Source of the DNA: Lama guanicoe
Taxonomy: Eukaryota
Length of the DNA stretch: 64,000 bases
Reading direction: 5' to 3'
NCBI GenBank assembly: GCA_013239625.1
Contig: MU053881.1
Coordinates: forward strand, 12,352,879-12,416,878
Part shown: in pieces, positions 40,494-53,896 of the stretch
Layout of the letters: each line of letters opens with the position of its first letter
Numbering within the stretch: position 1 is the first letter of the stretch
Notes under the pieces: generated by a model
The model's database searches: none
The model's input: only the letters and a program-made list of their open reading frames with translations
What the model was told of the DNA's origin: nothing
Translations under genes and position numbers: made by a program

Positions 40494-40593
40494 CTTCTTC
40501 TTTTTTGTTTTTAATGGAGGTACTGGGGATTGAACCTAGAACCTCACACACGCTAAGCATGCGCTCTACCATTGAGCTATATCCCCGCCCTCC
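40494..40593 (-). mobile_element. tRNA-derived SINE
   Basis: Reverse-complement SINE body; near-identical flanks ataatgtatttt / ataaggtatttt. Confidence 0.85.
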
Positions 40594-40772
40594 ATAAGGT
40601 ATTTTTTAAGCCCATAGAGGCTACATTAAAAAATATATGCATAATAATTTAATAAAGTTTATAAGCCATCTTCTTGAATAGGAAGTTAAATTGGCACTGG
40701 AAATGCAGAGCAAAATGATCTTTCAGAAAAACCAAGTAAATGTCATGATTATGATGGGGAAAAATGAATTCT

Positions 40773-40773
40773 T

Positions 40774-40832
<59 letters not shown>
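40773..40832. repeat. (TTTA)15 microsatellite flanked by 13-bp direct repeat aaaatgaattctt
   Basis: Direct repeats at 40761-40773 and 40832-40844. Confidence 0.95.
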
Positions 40833-40833
<1 letters not shown>

Positions 40834-40877
40834 AATGAATTCTTAAATGTAAATAAGTTTAGGCCTAGTTGACAAAC

Positions 40878-40977
40878 CTGAAAAGGTTTTGTTTTATTAT
40901 ATAGTTCTTCATAGAGGTGACGCCACTTATTCATTTCCTCAGTTAATTTTGCCATTGAGTTTTCTTTTCCAGTATTT
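40878..40977 (-). CDS. HMMR: HMMR exon 15 ([33 protein letters not shown])
   Basis: 100 nt, CAG/GTTTG, phase 2-0. Confidence 0.96.
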
Positions 40978-41016
40978 CTGTAAGAGAAAATTAAATTTAA
41001 AACATAGTATATTAGA

Positions 41017-41160
41017 GAGGAGGGTATAGCTCAGTGGTAGAGTGCATACTTAGCATGCATAAGGTCATGGGTTTGGTACCCAGTACCTCTGTTAAGTAAA
41101 AAATAATAATAAGTAAATAAACCTAATTACCTCCCCCACCAAAACAAAACAAAGCAAAAA
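41017..41160 (+). mobile_element. tRNA-derived SINE in HMMR intron 14
   Basis: 18-bp TSD aaaacatagtatattaga (40999-41016) / aaaacacagtatattaga (41161-41178). Confidence 0.9.
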
Positions 41161-41224
41161 AAAACACAGTATATTAGAAAAAATAACTGAGGTACTTGGC
41201 ATTTAGGTTCTAAACATAGGTTAC

Positions 41225-41377
41225 CTTGCTTCTTCCTCTTCCAGCTGTTTCTTAAAGTCTTCACCTTGCTGCTTGAGTTGGTTCTGCAAATCAGTAATTT
41301 TTTTAAGAGAAGAAACTGTGATTTCTTTAACTTCTGCTTCTTTAAGTGCTGATTTGGTCTGCAGATCTAGAAGCACC
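41225..41377 (-). CDS. HMMR: HMMR exon 14 ([50 protein letters not shown])
   Basis: 153 nt, AAG acceptor / GTAAC, phase 2-2. Confidence 0.95.
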
Positions 41378-41655
41378 CTTGGGTTTGAGAGAGAAGAGTC
41401 TACTAAACAACTTATAGCCATTTTAACTACTTTTTTTTTTTTAAGCTCAAGGAACTCTCAAGAATTTTACTCTCAAAAAGTTTTTCACTTTTTTCCCCCC
41501 CTGTGTAAATTCTTAATTTGCAATTGAAGATCACTCAAAGCAAGGCACTGGACTACAATTTCCTGCATGACTTATTAGCTGGCTTTCAACAACAGTAAGT
41601 TGTCTTAGTGGTTCTAAGGCCACAAGTGTGGGAAGGTTTTATTTCTGCTGCGTAC

Positions 41656-41802
41656 CTTGCATATTCTTGATTTGCATTCTCAGTTGCCAATATCTGATGT
41701 TGAACATCTTCTGCACTTTTCTCGGCTTTGGCTACTTTTTCCTGAAGTGCTAAGTTCTCCAGCTTAAGATCTTCTATCTCACTTGCTGTTAATGCTTTAT
41801 AG
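41656..41802 (-). CDS. HMMR: HMMR exon 13 ([48 protein letters not shown])
   Basis: 147 nt, symmetric phase 2-2, AAG/GTACG. Confidence 0.95.
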
Positions 41803-42264
41803 CTTATAAAAGAGAAAAAAAAATTAAAGGTATTTTTTTCTAACTACTGTATGCATGACAAATATATATATCTGATTAGTTTATACTTTTTATACTTTTA
41901 GGTAAAACAAACAAAATCTTATAATCTAATTATGCATTTGCACCGATAAGAATTCAGTGTTTTGAAGTCAGTACTTACTTGAGCTTATACGGCATATGCT
42001 GCTCATTTAAAGAAAAAGGAGTCAAGTGCCTACTGTGTGCAGAAACTATACAAAGAGTTGAACAAAAATCAACTACAAACATGAAAATTACTTCAAAACA
42101 AACAAAACAGACCGCACAATCCTCCTACCTACTGTCACAGAGTTTACGGTCTTGTGGATAAGATAGGAAAAAATACCTCTTCAGGTCTTTGCAAAAAAAC
42201 AAAAAACAAAAAACAAACCACACACACACACACATACATACATATATATGTATATAAAATTAAA

Positions 42265-43090
42265 TTTGGGTAAGTGTTATGAAGGAAAACTACAGAGCAC
42301 CTCCTGATAGGACAGGAGAATCTACATTTTGGTTGTTGATTCAGAAAAAGCCTTTCTGAGTAATTTATAGTTGAGCTGAGACATGATGGATAAGGAGGAT
42401 TTAGCTAGCCAGTTGGGGAAAGTACTTCAGAGGGAAAAGATGTGTATGTGCTCAGAGGCAGGTGCAACCCAGTCCATTAAGAGTTGGGACTGCAGTCTAA
42501 TGAATAGGAGAGGCAGGAGCAGAAGCAAGAGGCATGAGGCCAGGCATCACCAGTGGGGCACAAGGGATTTACCCGAGAGGTAAAGGAGAGACTTTAGTAA
42601 GTGTGTAGATTATTCTAGAGATACGTGGAGAACTGATTGGGGAAGGGCCTGGAATATAAAACTGGAGGAATAACTAGAAGACAGTTATTCATCAGCCCAG
42701 GTGAGTGGTGAAAGAGGCTTGGGCCAAGGAGTTGGCAATAGAAAGATGTGAGATCTCTTTTGGAGACAGAATTGAAAGATTCAAGAAATAGATTGGATGT
42801 TGGGGAAAAGGAAGAGAAAAGGATCAAAATGACTCTAAGATTTACAGAAAGAGACGCTTGGAAGATGGAGATGTCACTGGCTGAAATAAAACAGAATGAG
42901 AGACTAGAGGTAGAAAGAGATAGAAAAAAGGTCAAGAGTTGTTTTGACCAGTTCGTATTAGACAATAGGGAGACAGATACCTGGAGATGGCAAGCAGGCA
43001 GCCGGATATATGGGTAGGGAGCTGAAAGGAGAGGTTTGGTTTGAACGAATAAATTTTAATACTCTTAGCATACTGATGGCAAGTGACATC
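42265..43090. mobile_element. Ancient L2 fragment
   Basis: Purine-rich + strand with 'gatggagatgtcactggctgaaata...gagttgttttgaccagttcg' resembling recalled L2. Confidence 0.6.
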
Positions 43091-43329
43091 AAAGAATAGC
43101 TAAAAACTTCTTAAGGCACTATTTTTCAAAGTAGCAAGAAGGAAAATCCATTTTATAGGGCTGAGAACAGCACTAAAAATTATATATATTTATATTTATA
43201 TTAACTTAAATAATTCATATTTATGCTGACATACAAAAATTACAATTAAAATAAATTCACATACATTAAATGTATGTGTATATATATATATGGTATGTGT
43301 GTCATAACATATCACATATAGGAACAGAT

Positions 43330-44600
43330 CACTGGGGAAAGAAGGTACTATGCAATAAATAGGTACTAGGCAATTGGTTATCCATATGGAAAAAGCAAAA
43401 ATAAATTTTACCCCTTTATCACTGGATACTCAGAAATCAGTTCTAGATGAAAAAATTAAAAGTGAAACTTTGAAACTTTTAGAAAAAATACAGGTGAATA
43501 TCTTTATGCTCTTGGGATAGGAAGAAATTCTTAGATGTAAAAGTGTTGATGTAAAAACCTATAAACTTAACTACATTAAAATCAAGAATTTCTTTCATCA
43601 GAAGAAACCAGAAAGAAAATGAAAAGATAAGTCACACTTTGGGAGAAGACATTTGCAACCCATATTACTGATAAAAACTCTACAAATCAATAAGGAAAAG
43701 GCAATCCCATAGAGAAATGAACAAAAGTCATATATGAGCCTTTTACAGAAAAGGAAAGATGAATTATCCACAAGAAGAAGCTATTTTACGCTTAGTACAC
43801 TGGCAAAATTTATGAAGCCTAACACACTTTGGAGAGGAGGGAGATCAATGGAAACTCACACATCAACAGTGGGAGTGTAGATTTTCACTCTCACTATGTA
43901 AAGTGATTTGGCATGAAATTTTAAAGTTGAAGATTCACATAAGTCAGACTTCAGAGTAATGCTCACACGTGTATGCCAGAAGACTACAAGAATAATCAAA
44001 GAGTAGTATTAATAAAATGAAAGAAATGGGAAACAACCCAAGAGCCCAAAGTGAGCATGGATAAATAGTGGAAGACTGATAAAATATTCTATAGCAGCGA
44101 TCATGAACAAACTATAGCCTCAGGCAACAATGTGATTCAGTCCTAGAAACACACATAACGTAGAGTGAAAGGGCAAGTCCCACATTATGGCATACACTAC
44201 GATGACATTTTTTGGTGAAGTTCAGGAAAAAGCAATGTTATACAATATATGATTTGTATGGATATACATGTGACAAAATTACATACAGGAAAACAGCAAG
44301 GAAATTAATTAATGTAGGCTTTGAGATGGTGTTACCTGTTGGGGGAAGGCGTGAAGATGGGTTAGTAGAGGAATTCATATAGATACCACGTGGCTGAAAA
44401 TCTTTGGCTTAAAGATGGCATTTTATGAGTTCCTGAGGGCCAATTTTACCTTTATGCTTTATAATTTATGTATGTGTTATATATCTTTTCTATTTATTCA
44501 ATGTACTCATACAGATAAAAGAAACCCCCCCAAAATGATCTAAAGTAAATACAAATAAAAATGTTAACATTAATATACTCTTGGTGTGAGATTGTGAGAG
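43330..44600 (+). mobile_element. Old L1 (L1ME-like) 3' fragment
   Basis: 'gggagaagacatttgcaacccatattactgataaa' and 'gtgggagtgtagatt' are L1 ORF2-end motifs. Confidence 0.65.
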
Positions 44601-45326
44601 GCACAGGTATTTGTTGTATTATGTTTGCAATTTATACTCTCCTACCAAAATAAATTTTTTTTAAAGGAAAATAACAAGTAGATGGGATAGGAAGTAAGAA
44701 AGTAAATACAATGTATAATCTTTTCTTAGGAAGATGGGCTATGAAGAGTAGAATTTTGGGGTGAGAAGCATGTTTTTTGGGAGTAAGAGGTGTTATGGAT
44801 AGCTGCAGAAGGAAGTGGGGGGGTAAATGGAGGTTTTTAAAAATGTATTTTAAAGATGAAGGTACATTAACATGTCTTAATATTGACAGGAGAAATTCTA
44901 GGAGAATGGCTGAAAATCATGACAAGGGATAAATGACGGAATGAGGTCACTGAAGGAACGAGATGCTTCATCTGTAACAAGTGGGAGGAAGACAGGATAA
45001 GCATAAATGCAGGTGTGTTTACAGGTTCGATGAAGAGAAAACAAAAGCCTTTGAATTCCTCATAATGGAAATGATGACATCAGGAGTACGACAGGTAAGT
45101 GCCAAAGGTTTGAGACTGAGAAATTTGAAGTGGACAGTGGGAAAAGGAAATTACTATACACACTACGAGGTTAACAGTATATGCCCATTTATGGTTGGTC
45201 ACTATGGAATTTAAAGTAATAGCAACCGTTCATTCATGTGATTGTTTTGTTGACAGACTGCCCTAGGTAAACACCCCCTCCCTTGTTCATATATGTTTCG
45301 GGGAGCCGGCTCCACATAAAAAATAC

Positions 45327-45443
45327 CTTTCAAATCGAGCAGTAACATCTTCCAGGTTCTGCACTGTACTGTTATACCTTTCCTGCAAAAGCAGGGTGGC
45401 CTGAGAGTGAGCAGCACCACTTTCCTCCAGCTCAGCTTCTTTC
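45327..45443 (-). CDS. HMMR: HMMR exon 12 ([38 protein letters not shown])
   Basis: 117 nt, TAG/GTATT, phase 2-2. Confidence 0.95.
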
Positions 45444-47304
45444 CTAAGCAAAAGGAACAGTTAAAAGATAAAATGCTAACTGCAAATCATTACCCTAAGA
45501 AAGAGACTAGTATGTACCTTTGACAGTGAGTCATATATATCTTGTATCTTCATGTTTCTATCAGCTACTGGACAGCTGAGACCTAAATTGATGACCTACA
45601 GAACAGCATGTCTATTTACATACAGCTTCATCTTTCTTGCTCTAATTTTACCTTTGTTTTCATTCTAATTTACTTATCTTTTCATAGCATATGAATTTAT
45701 GTACGTAGTGTAAACATTTTTTTGAAGTAGCTTAAAAAGACTCTAAAACAGAATCTTGACACAGCTAAGACTAAAGAATGTGAAGGATTACCAGTTAAAA
45801 AGAACTTGGATTAAATAAAATTTAATTCTCTGCAATTAAACATCTAAGAAATACTAAGCACAGTTAAGGACACTTCATTTTAAAAACGGTTCTTTTGAAA
45901 AAAATTAAAAATAAATACATAAAAATTTTTAAATTAAAAAAAGTTCTTTTGCAAAAAGTTATAAGACTATATAGATTTATTTTGATTATATCAATAACCC
46001 ACATAATAAATTATTAATTATTCAAAGATTCAACAACTTATTTAATGGGCTATTTTGCAAAGACAGGATAGCTTTTAAGTCATCTTTAGAAATATATACT
46101 ATAAATTTCAGAGATTTAAAAAACATTAATATTTTATATTACTGCAATGGTGATACAAATTTTTCAATAGGCATGTGAGTTTATAAGAGATCTTTTAAAG
46201 AACATACAGAATTAACATGATAAATACGAAGCTTTATTCACTGACAGACTAAGTTGGAGACCAAGACAAGATAGTTGGTCAGATTCATGCCATAATTAGC
46301 ACAGGATTTAAAAATGTACCTCATAGTTAAAAGCAATCAAATAGTACTAAAAAGGTTTATAATAAAAATATTCTCTTTCCTGACCCCTAGAGGAATCACT
46401 GTCAACTTCTAATTTTTTTCTCTGAAATTTCCAGGCTGGAAAGGACCTTAGAAATCATTTTATAATTCTTTATTTTATATCTAGTGAAATAAAAAATTAA
46501 AGAAATTAAGGTTGTCTTGCTCAGATTCATGTAACTAGTTAACAGATCTAGTAATAAAATCTTTGTCTCCTGACCTCTGGACTGAGTTCTTTGAGTTAGA
46601 ATACATGATTATAACATCTTTCTTTCTGAAGCTGACATCATTTACTCAAGTTTCTTAAAGCACCTGTTCCCTGTGACTGGTTGCAGTTTAGAACAATTCC
46701 CTCAATTACACTTCGGTACTGTTCCCCAAATGCAGGAATTAGAATAAAAACAAACATGAGATCTTAGGCTTTCTACTTTCAGTGATAACTTTATTTTTGA
46801 ATGTTTACCAGTGTTGGGTGTTGTTTCCTATTTGCTTGATTTGCATTTTGTTTCTGATGTGTTTGTGCTCCCTCAAAAAAGGTAATTAAAAGTATAATTT
46901 ACATTGTGTAAACTGATATGCACTTGGACAAGATGGAAATGTTTCTTATTAAAGGGTGGGAATCATAGTTTTGGGGGGTATTTTTCTAAATCTGCTATTA
47001 TTGTAATGCTAATGTCCAATAATTTTTAGAAAATTTAAGAGTAGTATAGGAACCCCAAATCTTGGTTGTTTATTAAAACTCACTTTGGGCTTTAAATAAA
47101 GGATATGGCTTCTGACTTTGGCTGTCATACTTGTTTGCATGCACAACCTCTCTGTGTATTCCTTGCTTGTAAAATACTTCCTCACTTGTGAAAGATAACC
47201 TGACCACTCACATGATCGGTCTGAGAATCCTGAGAGAATGTACTAGAAAACACTTTTTAACACCTGAGCTCATATATAAACATTGAGGTCCTATTAATAC
47301 AAAC

Positions 47305-47519
47305 CCTTTCAGCTTTTCTTCTAGGAGTTTGAGTTTTTCAGCTCTAGATTCTGCTTCCTCTTCCAACTGCTTGACCAGAGTTTCAGCCTTTTCCTCCTTT
47401 TGCTGTAATTTATCTAGCTCCTCCAGGGCTTGCTTTAACTCTTCCTCAAAGAGACTCCTCTCTTTAATCATTTCCTCTTGAAAAGAACATAGCTTCTGCT
47501 GAAGACCAGAAGATAATTC
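47305..47519 (-). CDS. HMMR: HMMR exon 11 ([30 protein letters not shown]...LKLLEEKLK)
   Basis: 215 nt, CAG/GTTTG; coiled-coil sequence within ORF 47208-47525. Confidence 0.96.
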
Positions 47520-48751
47520 CTGCATCCAAATTGAAAATCAGCAAAATAATTTGAAAGGTTTTGATAATTTAATAAATAAGTAAGTTAAACTTAATAACTT
47601 GTGAGGTTTTATTTTGGACAAAAAAAGTACAGATAATAAAATATGGACATTAAATCTAAGAGCCTCAAGGAAATTTGAAAAATAGAGAGAGACACCCATT
47701 TTGTCATAGTTAAAGTTGTGGTAAATGTTATTTCATTCTTTTTTCCTACAAAACACTTCTTAGAAAACTAAAATCATACTCTACAACTGGCTTTTATCAT
47801 ATATTTGTCTCAAATGATATTCTATAAAAAGAGTGCTATGATTTCAATGTTGTATAAAAATACTTTAAAGTTATATGAGTAAATGCCAATAAATAAATAC
47901 AAGTAAATCACCATAGTTGAAAAAAATTCTAGCATTACAAATAAAGTGAAAATTGCCTTTGACTACTCCCCATTCTAGTCTTAGTTTTCTCATTCTAGAG
48001 ATAACCACTAGTTTGGTATTATATGCCTTATGATCTTTTTCTATATATTTATATACTTAAAAAACTCTAAGTGATATATACTGTGTATGCAAAGGTCATT
48101 TAAAATATAATAAAAATAGTTGATGAGATCTTTTTAAATCAGATTACCTTGTTGTAGGTTGCCCAATAATACAATATTTCACATCAGTGCACATGAATGC
48201 CTGCTTGCCCAACACTCACCAATATGTCATATTATCACATGTTTTAACTTGTGCCAATCTTGGTTACTACTAAGGCACTGTATCTTTTCATGTTTACAGG
48301 CTATCTGAATGTCTACTTCTAAGACCTGTCTATTTCCATCCTATGCCCATTTTTTTTTAATGAACTATCTTTTTTCTTATTGATATGTAAAATATTCTTT
48401 GCATAATCTGGATTTTAGAAAAGTCTTAATGTTGTTTCTTGTCTAATTAGAGACTCTTTTACTACAGAAATGTAAATGCCTATGTAGCACACAAGAATGT
48501 GCTGAAAAAAATTTTTAAAATAATTTCCTTATTTTGCTTCAGCTGGTTCCTGAATTTTTTTCACATTAGCAATAACCCTGTGGTTATCAGTTAAATATGC
48601 AGCATAGTCATGATTAGTTCCGCAGGATAAGATTCCAAAAACAGAATTGTTGGTGCAAAGACTATATACAATTTAAAGGTCTTCTAATACACAGGGAAAT
48701 GTATGACAAAAAAGAAGGACTAGGTTTCCCTTTTATACTGTAGGAAACTAC

Positions 48752-48900
48752 CTTCTCTTGTTGTAGAAGTGAATCTATTTGCAGTACTTTTTGTTGTAGC
48801 TCTTCATGTTCTTGTTTTTCAAGACTAGACCTCTCTTTTAAGTTTCGTATTTCAGCATTTAGATTTTCGTCCCGTTCTCTGTCCCTATTGACGAGGTCTT
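48752..48900 (-). CDS. HMMR: HMMR exon 10 ([49 protein letters not shown])
   Basis: 149 nt, TAG/GTAGT, phase 1-0. Confidence 0.94.
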
Positions 48901-49366
48901 CTAGAAAAGGGAAAACATTAACAACGCTGTAATTAGATATTAATATTAACTTTGAGAAACCCAGATTCCCATAATATTCTACTACACTGCTTTTAGTATG
49001 TTTCAGAGATCAGGTGTTTCCAAAGGGGGAAAAAAACCTGTGAAGTTTGTATCATTTGTATATACAAAATAGTATATATGTTATATAAGAAAACCCCCAA
49101 ACCTAGTTCTGTGTATCTGCCAATTTTAAATGGCCACCCAGTGGGGAGGTCAAGAACTGCACAACTGCATATATTTCAGTCAAGACCAGGTACATACTGA
49201 AATAAACAAAGAACAAACATTGTAAAAGGCAAAAATTCTCATACACTGAACAAAATTTTTACTGTTATAAAATTATTTTAAAAAGTTGTTTTCACATAGC
49301 AGTACCTTAAAAAATACTGTAGGTAGTACTTTTCTAATGAAAGTGGTACTATAAACAGTAGGGTAC

Positions 49367-49545
49367 CTTTTTCTTTTTCAAGCAGTTGGCATTTAGCATT
49401 CAGGTCCTCTACTTGTTCAGACAACAGAGCAACGTTTTCCTCAAGAGACTTCTTAAGGCTTAAAACTTGATGATTCTTCTCTTTCAAATTTTCTTCTAAC
49501 TGGGCAATATCTAGTTTGTATTTTTCCACTTGATCTGATGCACAG
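49367..49545 (-). CDS. HMMR: HMMR exon 9 ([24 protein letters not shown]...KCQLLEKEK)
   Basis: 179 nt, CAG/GTACC, phase 2-1. Confidence 0.95.
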
Positions 49546-49678
49546 CTGCATTAAAACAAATTATGCTGAAGAGCACGTATACATAAGTACAGGGAACATT
49601 AACTGAAAAGAGATGAAATAATGCATTCATCACACTTCAGTAAAATAAGGTCCAATTTAAAACTGCTCTTTGTATTAC

Positions 49679-49753
49679 CTTATTTCTTCGATGTATTCTA
49701 AGAGTTTTTCTGTTTCAGATTTTTCGTCAGTCTTTTCTTTCTCTATTGAAACA
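49679..49753 (-). CDS. HMMR: HMMR exon 8 (VSIEKEKTDEKSETEKLLEYIEEI)
   Basis: 75 nt, CAG/GTAAT, phase 2-2. Confidence 0.95.
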
Positions 49754-50129
49754 CTGAAAAGAAATGCACACATAATAATCATATGTGATGCAGTAAGCAT
49801 GGGATCTGTACCAGGTACTCATGTCTCAGGATGGCTGACACCAGAGGCCAAACTCTTAACCACTAAATGATGTAGCCGACAATTTAACAGATACCAATAG
49901 GAGACTTAAGTTGTTGTTTTTTTTGAATGAGAATGGTTTCCAAATCTATTCTGACAAAAGTGCTGTGATGATAAGAGCTACTACCTACAACACTTCAAGT
50001 GTTACAGAAATAATCTTTTCTATAGTTTCCCATACAACACATACAAAATGGCATTTTGTGTGCTGTAAAGCCTTTGTTCCAGGCTGCCTGATACTCAATT
50101 ACTTATGTGTTTACCTCCTCCAAACACCT

Positions 50130-50960
50130 CAATTTGAGAAATGGGCAAGAGACTAAATAGATACCTTACAAAAGGATATATATGAATGGTCAATAAGAAC
50201 GTAAAAAGATGCTTGCTATTAATAGCAACAAATTAAAATCACAAACGAGATACTGCTTCACATACACTAGAAAGGCTGCAATCAAACAGAGTGACAACAT
50301 CATATGTTGGTGAGGATGTGGAACAACTAGACCTATCACACATTGCTCGGTGGGAGTGTAAAATGGCACAACCTCTTTGAGTTTTTGAAAAAACATTATA
50401 CCTACACTACCCTAGGACCCAGAAATTCCACTCCCAGATATTTTACTTGAGAGAGAGAAAAACATGTCTATGAAAAGGCATACAGAGCAGTATTATTAAT
50501 AACAGTCAGAAACTGGAGACCCAGATATTGATCAATACCAAATATTGATCAGTAGGAGAATTAGGAACAAATGGAGGCATATTCATATAGCGGAATGCTG
50601 CACAGAAGTTAAGGGAACAAACTACAATATACACAACAGTACAGGTGAATCTCAAAAAATTACATTAAACAAAAGAAACCACACGTATACATACACGCAT
50701 TCAGGCTGTGATAAATGACCTAAAACAGGCCAAATGAATTCGTGATGATGGAAGGCAGGAAGTGGCTGCAGGGAGGGGGCGCGGGCAACCATGGGGAGGA
50801 GAGGGGAGCAGGGAGGGGCATGAAGGAGCTGTGAGGGTTGGCACTGTTCTGTCTTCTTTGGGTGGTGGTTATACAGGTGTATCCAATTGTCAAAAGTCAC
50901 TAAACTGAATACTTGTAATCTGTGCAGTGTACTGTATGCAAGTTACAGCTGAGAAATAAA
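50130..50960 (+). mobile_element. Old L1 3' fragment
   Basis: 'tgttggtgaggatgtggaacaactag...gtgggagtgtaaaatggcacaacc' motif. Confidence 0.75.
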
Positions 50961-51314
50961 ATGAGTAATAAAAATGAGGCTAGGACTATGCATTAATCAT
51001 TGCTTCCCATACCGGTGCTTCTCAGTTTTGGTCTGACTACCACTTCCACGAGATCATGCTATTGGAAAGACTATAAGCCTTGTCTCATCACTGATATAGA
51101 GGATGTACAAAAGCAATACATCATACATCTTTCCAGCATAAAATATTTGGGAATGATTAAGGCTCACCTGTCACTTGGGAAAAGAAATAGGGCAAGTAGA
51201 GGCAGGTAATGAGATAAGCAGGGAGGGAAGGTTAAAGGTGGACAAGAACTAGCCAAGGAAGGTAAATCGAGAACTGGTTAAACGAAGTGACTTCTCTTTC
51301 GTTGTAGTCACTCA

Positions 51315-51416
<102 letters not shown>

Positions 51417-51506
51417 CTACACAACAGAAATACCTGTTTTAGGAAATGAGAAATTGTTCAGATCCCCAGATCCAGACACAGCAAACTTACTGAAGGTATC
51501 ACTCAC

Positions 51507-51593
51507 CCTCATCTTCGCTTCTCTTTTGTTTCTAAGTTTCATCAACTCAAGGCTTAGAATTCTCATATTCTTCTGGTTACTATCTTCAGAAAA
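51507..51593 (-). CDS. HMMR: HMMR exon 6 ([29 protein letters not shown])
   Basis: 87 nt, TAG/GTGAG, phase 0-0. Confidence 0.95.
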
Positions 51594-52639
51594 CTAAGAA
51601 CAACAAAAACATACAACACTCAGAAATATTTTCTACTAAGTCCTATCGAAAAAAAAAATCACTGAAATGTTGACCATTCTATTATTGGGATTATTATTTG
51701 CCTACAACATACTCTGGCAGAGAAAACAGCTTTTAATCAACATGAGTATTATGGGTTTTATACTACTATGACCTTGTCCCTCCTTTTCCTTCATCCGACT
51801 TTCTGGTTTACTTTTGAGATTAGCTTCAGCAGTCATGTATCGCTATATGTTGGCAAGTCCACTGTAACATTTTAAAACAAGCTTTTCGGAGAGGATTTTG
51901 TTAGATGTGTTTGCTTAATAAAATGCATCTGCATTGCCTGGTCTACTTTGAAATATGCAGACTATAGGGTCCTTCCCAGGCCTAATAAATCAGAATCTTC
52001 CCAGGTGGGGCCCAGGAATCTACTCCTTTCCCCATGCTTAATTCTTATACATCCTCACCCTCTTTGTAATCAAAGATCCCAGCACGTTACAGACTCTGAA
52101 TAAATGACTCTTATTAAACTGAACAGTGATTTACAGCTTCCTTCTACTTCTGTAAAAAGCAGGATGACCATGTTAAGTCATTTCAGATCATTAGTATATT
52201 AATATTGATAAACATAATTTATCTATTGAACACATTTAGTCCACAAATGTATTCATTTCTCACTTCATTCCCAAAAGGATTTGAGATGGAAGCCTGCTAT
52301 TAAGTTTTTTGTTTCAGAGAAGGATCTTTAAAGTGACTCCTAGATGTAAATTCCCCATTTTATTAATGGCCTCACTGATTGGGGGTGACTTTGAAGGAGG
52401 GTGAGAAAATGTCAGACATTAAAACAAAAAGTAAACTTGTTTGTTTACAACCTCTTATGTGCAAGGCACCATAATAAAAAAGATACAATAATAATTTCTA
52501 TTGGAAGCAGCTTAATGTTTAAAGTACATTAAATGAAGGAAAAAAACTAAGTCAGGCCTAAAATTCCCAAACAACCATATGAGAAAAAATGTGTTTATCA
52601 TTTAATTCAATTGCAAGCATTATCATGAGGTTCAAATAC

Positions 52640-52828
52640 CTTAGATTTTAGGAGCTCATTAGTCTTTGTTAATTCAATAAGCTGTTTTTCCAGTGAAGCA
52701 TTACTTGCAGAAAGAGATGTTTTTTCTCTGACAGCAGCACTTAGCTTTGCTTCCATCTTCTCCAACTCAGCTTCCAGATCCTGGATTCGCTTGTCCTGAG
52801 TACCACGTTCCTGCACAAGAACACGAAT
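52640..52828 (-). CDS. HMMR: HMMR exon 5 ([29 protein letters not shown]...TNELLKSK)
   Basis: 189 nt, CAG/GTATT, phase 0-0. Confidence 0.96.
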
Positions 52829-52969
52829 CTGGACAGAAACAATGTGAAAAATGAATGATTCACTGATTGTTTCCAGTGTTAACTAGATGCAACTGATAAT
52901 CAAAACATTAAAGTTCTAGAAAAACTTCTGATTGTGACAATAAAGAGATCAGAAAAGATTTACCATGTA

Positions 52970-53162
52970 TATTCCTTTTCATATACTTTTTCATTATAGG
53001 CAATTACAAGGTATTTAATATAGTTGCTTGTGCTCTCTATATACATATATGAGTAAATGGAATATATATGTATAAATGAATCACTATGCTGTACATTAGA
53101 AATTAACACACCATTGCAAGTCAACCATACTTCAATAAAAAAATAAATAAATGAAAAGGAAG
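52970..53162 (+). mobile_element. 5'-inverted (twin-primed) L1 3' fragment, inserted into an older L1 piece that runs to ~53590
   Basis: 14-bp TSD agatttaccatgta (52956-52969, 53163-53176); 52970-53034 is the reverse complement of sequence seen forward at ~21000-21064. Confidence 0.85.
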
Positions 53163-53896
53163 AGATTTACCATGTAAATATTAAACAAAATAAGGCTGGT
53201 ATGGCTATGTTAATATCATGCAAAGTAGACTTTAAGGCAAAAAATACCAATAGTAATAAATAATTTTATGGTTAAAAAGTTATTTCAAGAGAAAGACAAT
53301 CTTACATTGGTTGTGTACAACAAAGTAATATAACCTCAAAATATACAAAGCAAAAATTCACAGAATTAAAAACAGAAATAGACTAATCCACAGAGCTGAA
53401 AACACACCTTTCTCAGTAACTAATAGAATAAACAGACAAAAATATCAGTACAGATAAAGATTTGAAGAAACTATTTAACAACTTGAACTAATTGACATAC
53501 ATAGACCATTATAACCAACAAGTACATAGACATTCTTTTCTAGTACACATGAAACATTTACCAAAATAGACTATTTGCTAGGTATAAAAATATTAAGAAA
53601 GTACAGATGTATTAAGTCACATGAGAAGTATTTTCTACTTTTACTGGCTTTGTATTCATACTAATCTCAGTATTCTAAGCCAATATTGCTTAACTAAAAA
53701 TGTCTCAAGCACCACCTATATATAAGGCTGTGAACTAGGGACTGACCGAGCTTTAAGATTCCCTACCATAAGATTCTGTATACATTATTGGTTTATAAGC
53801 AATGTTTATAGTATAGTATTATAAAGTAGAAAAAAAAATGACTGAGATTATCTACATTACAGTTTTTGCAGTTAAAGAAGCTTAAGCTCTAAAAAA

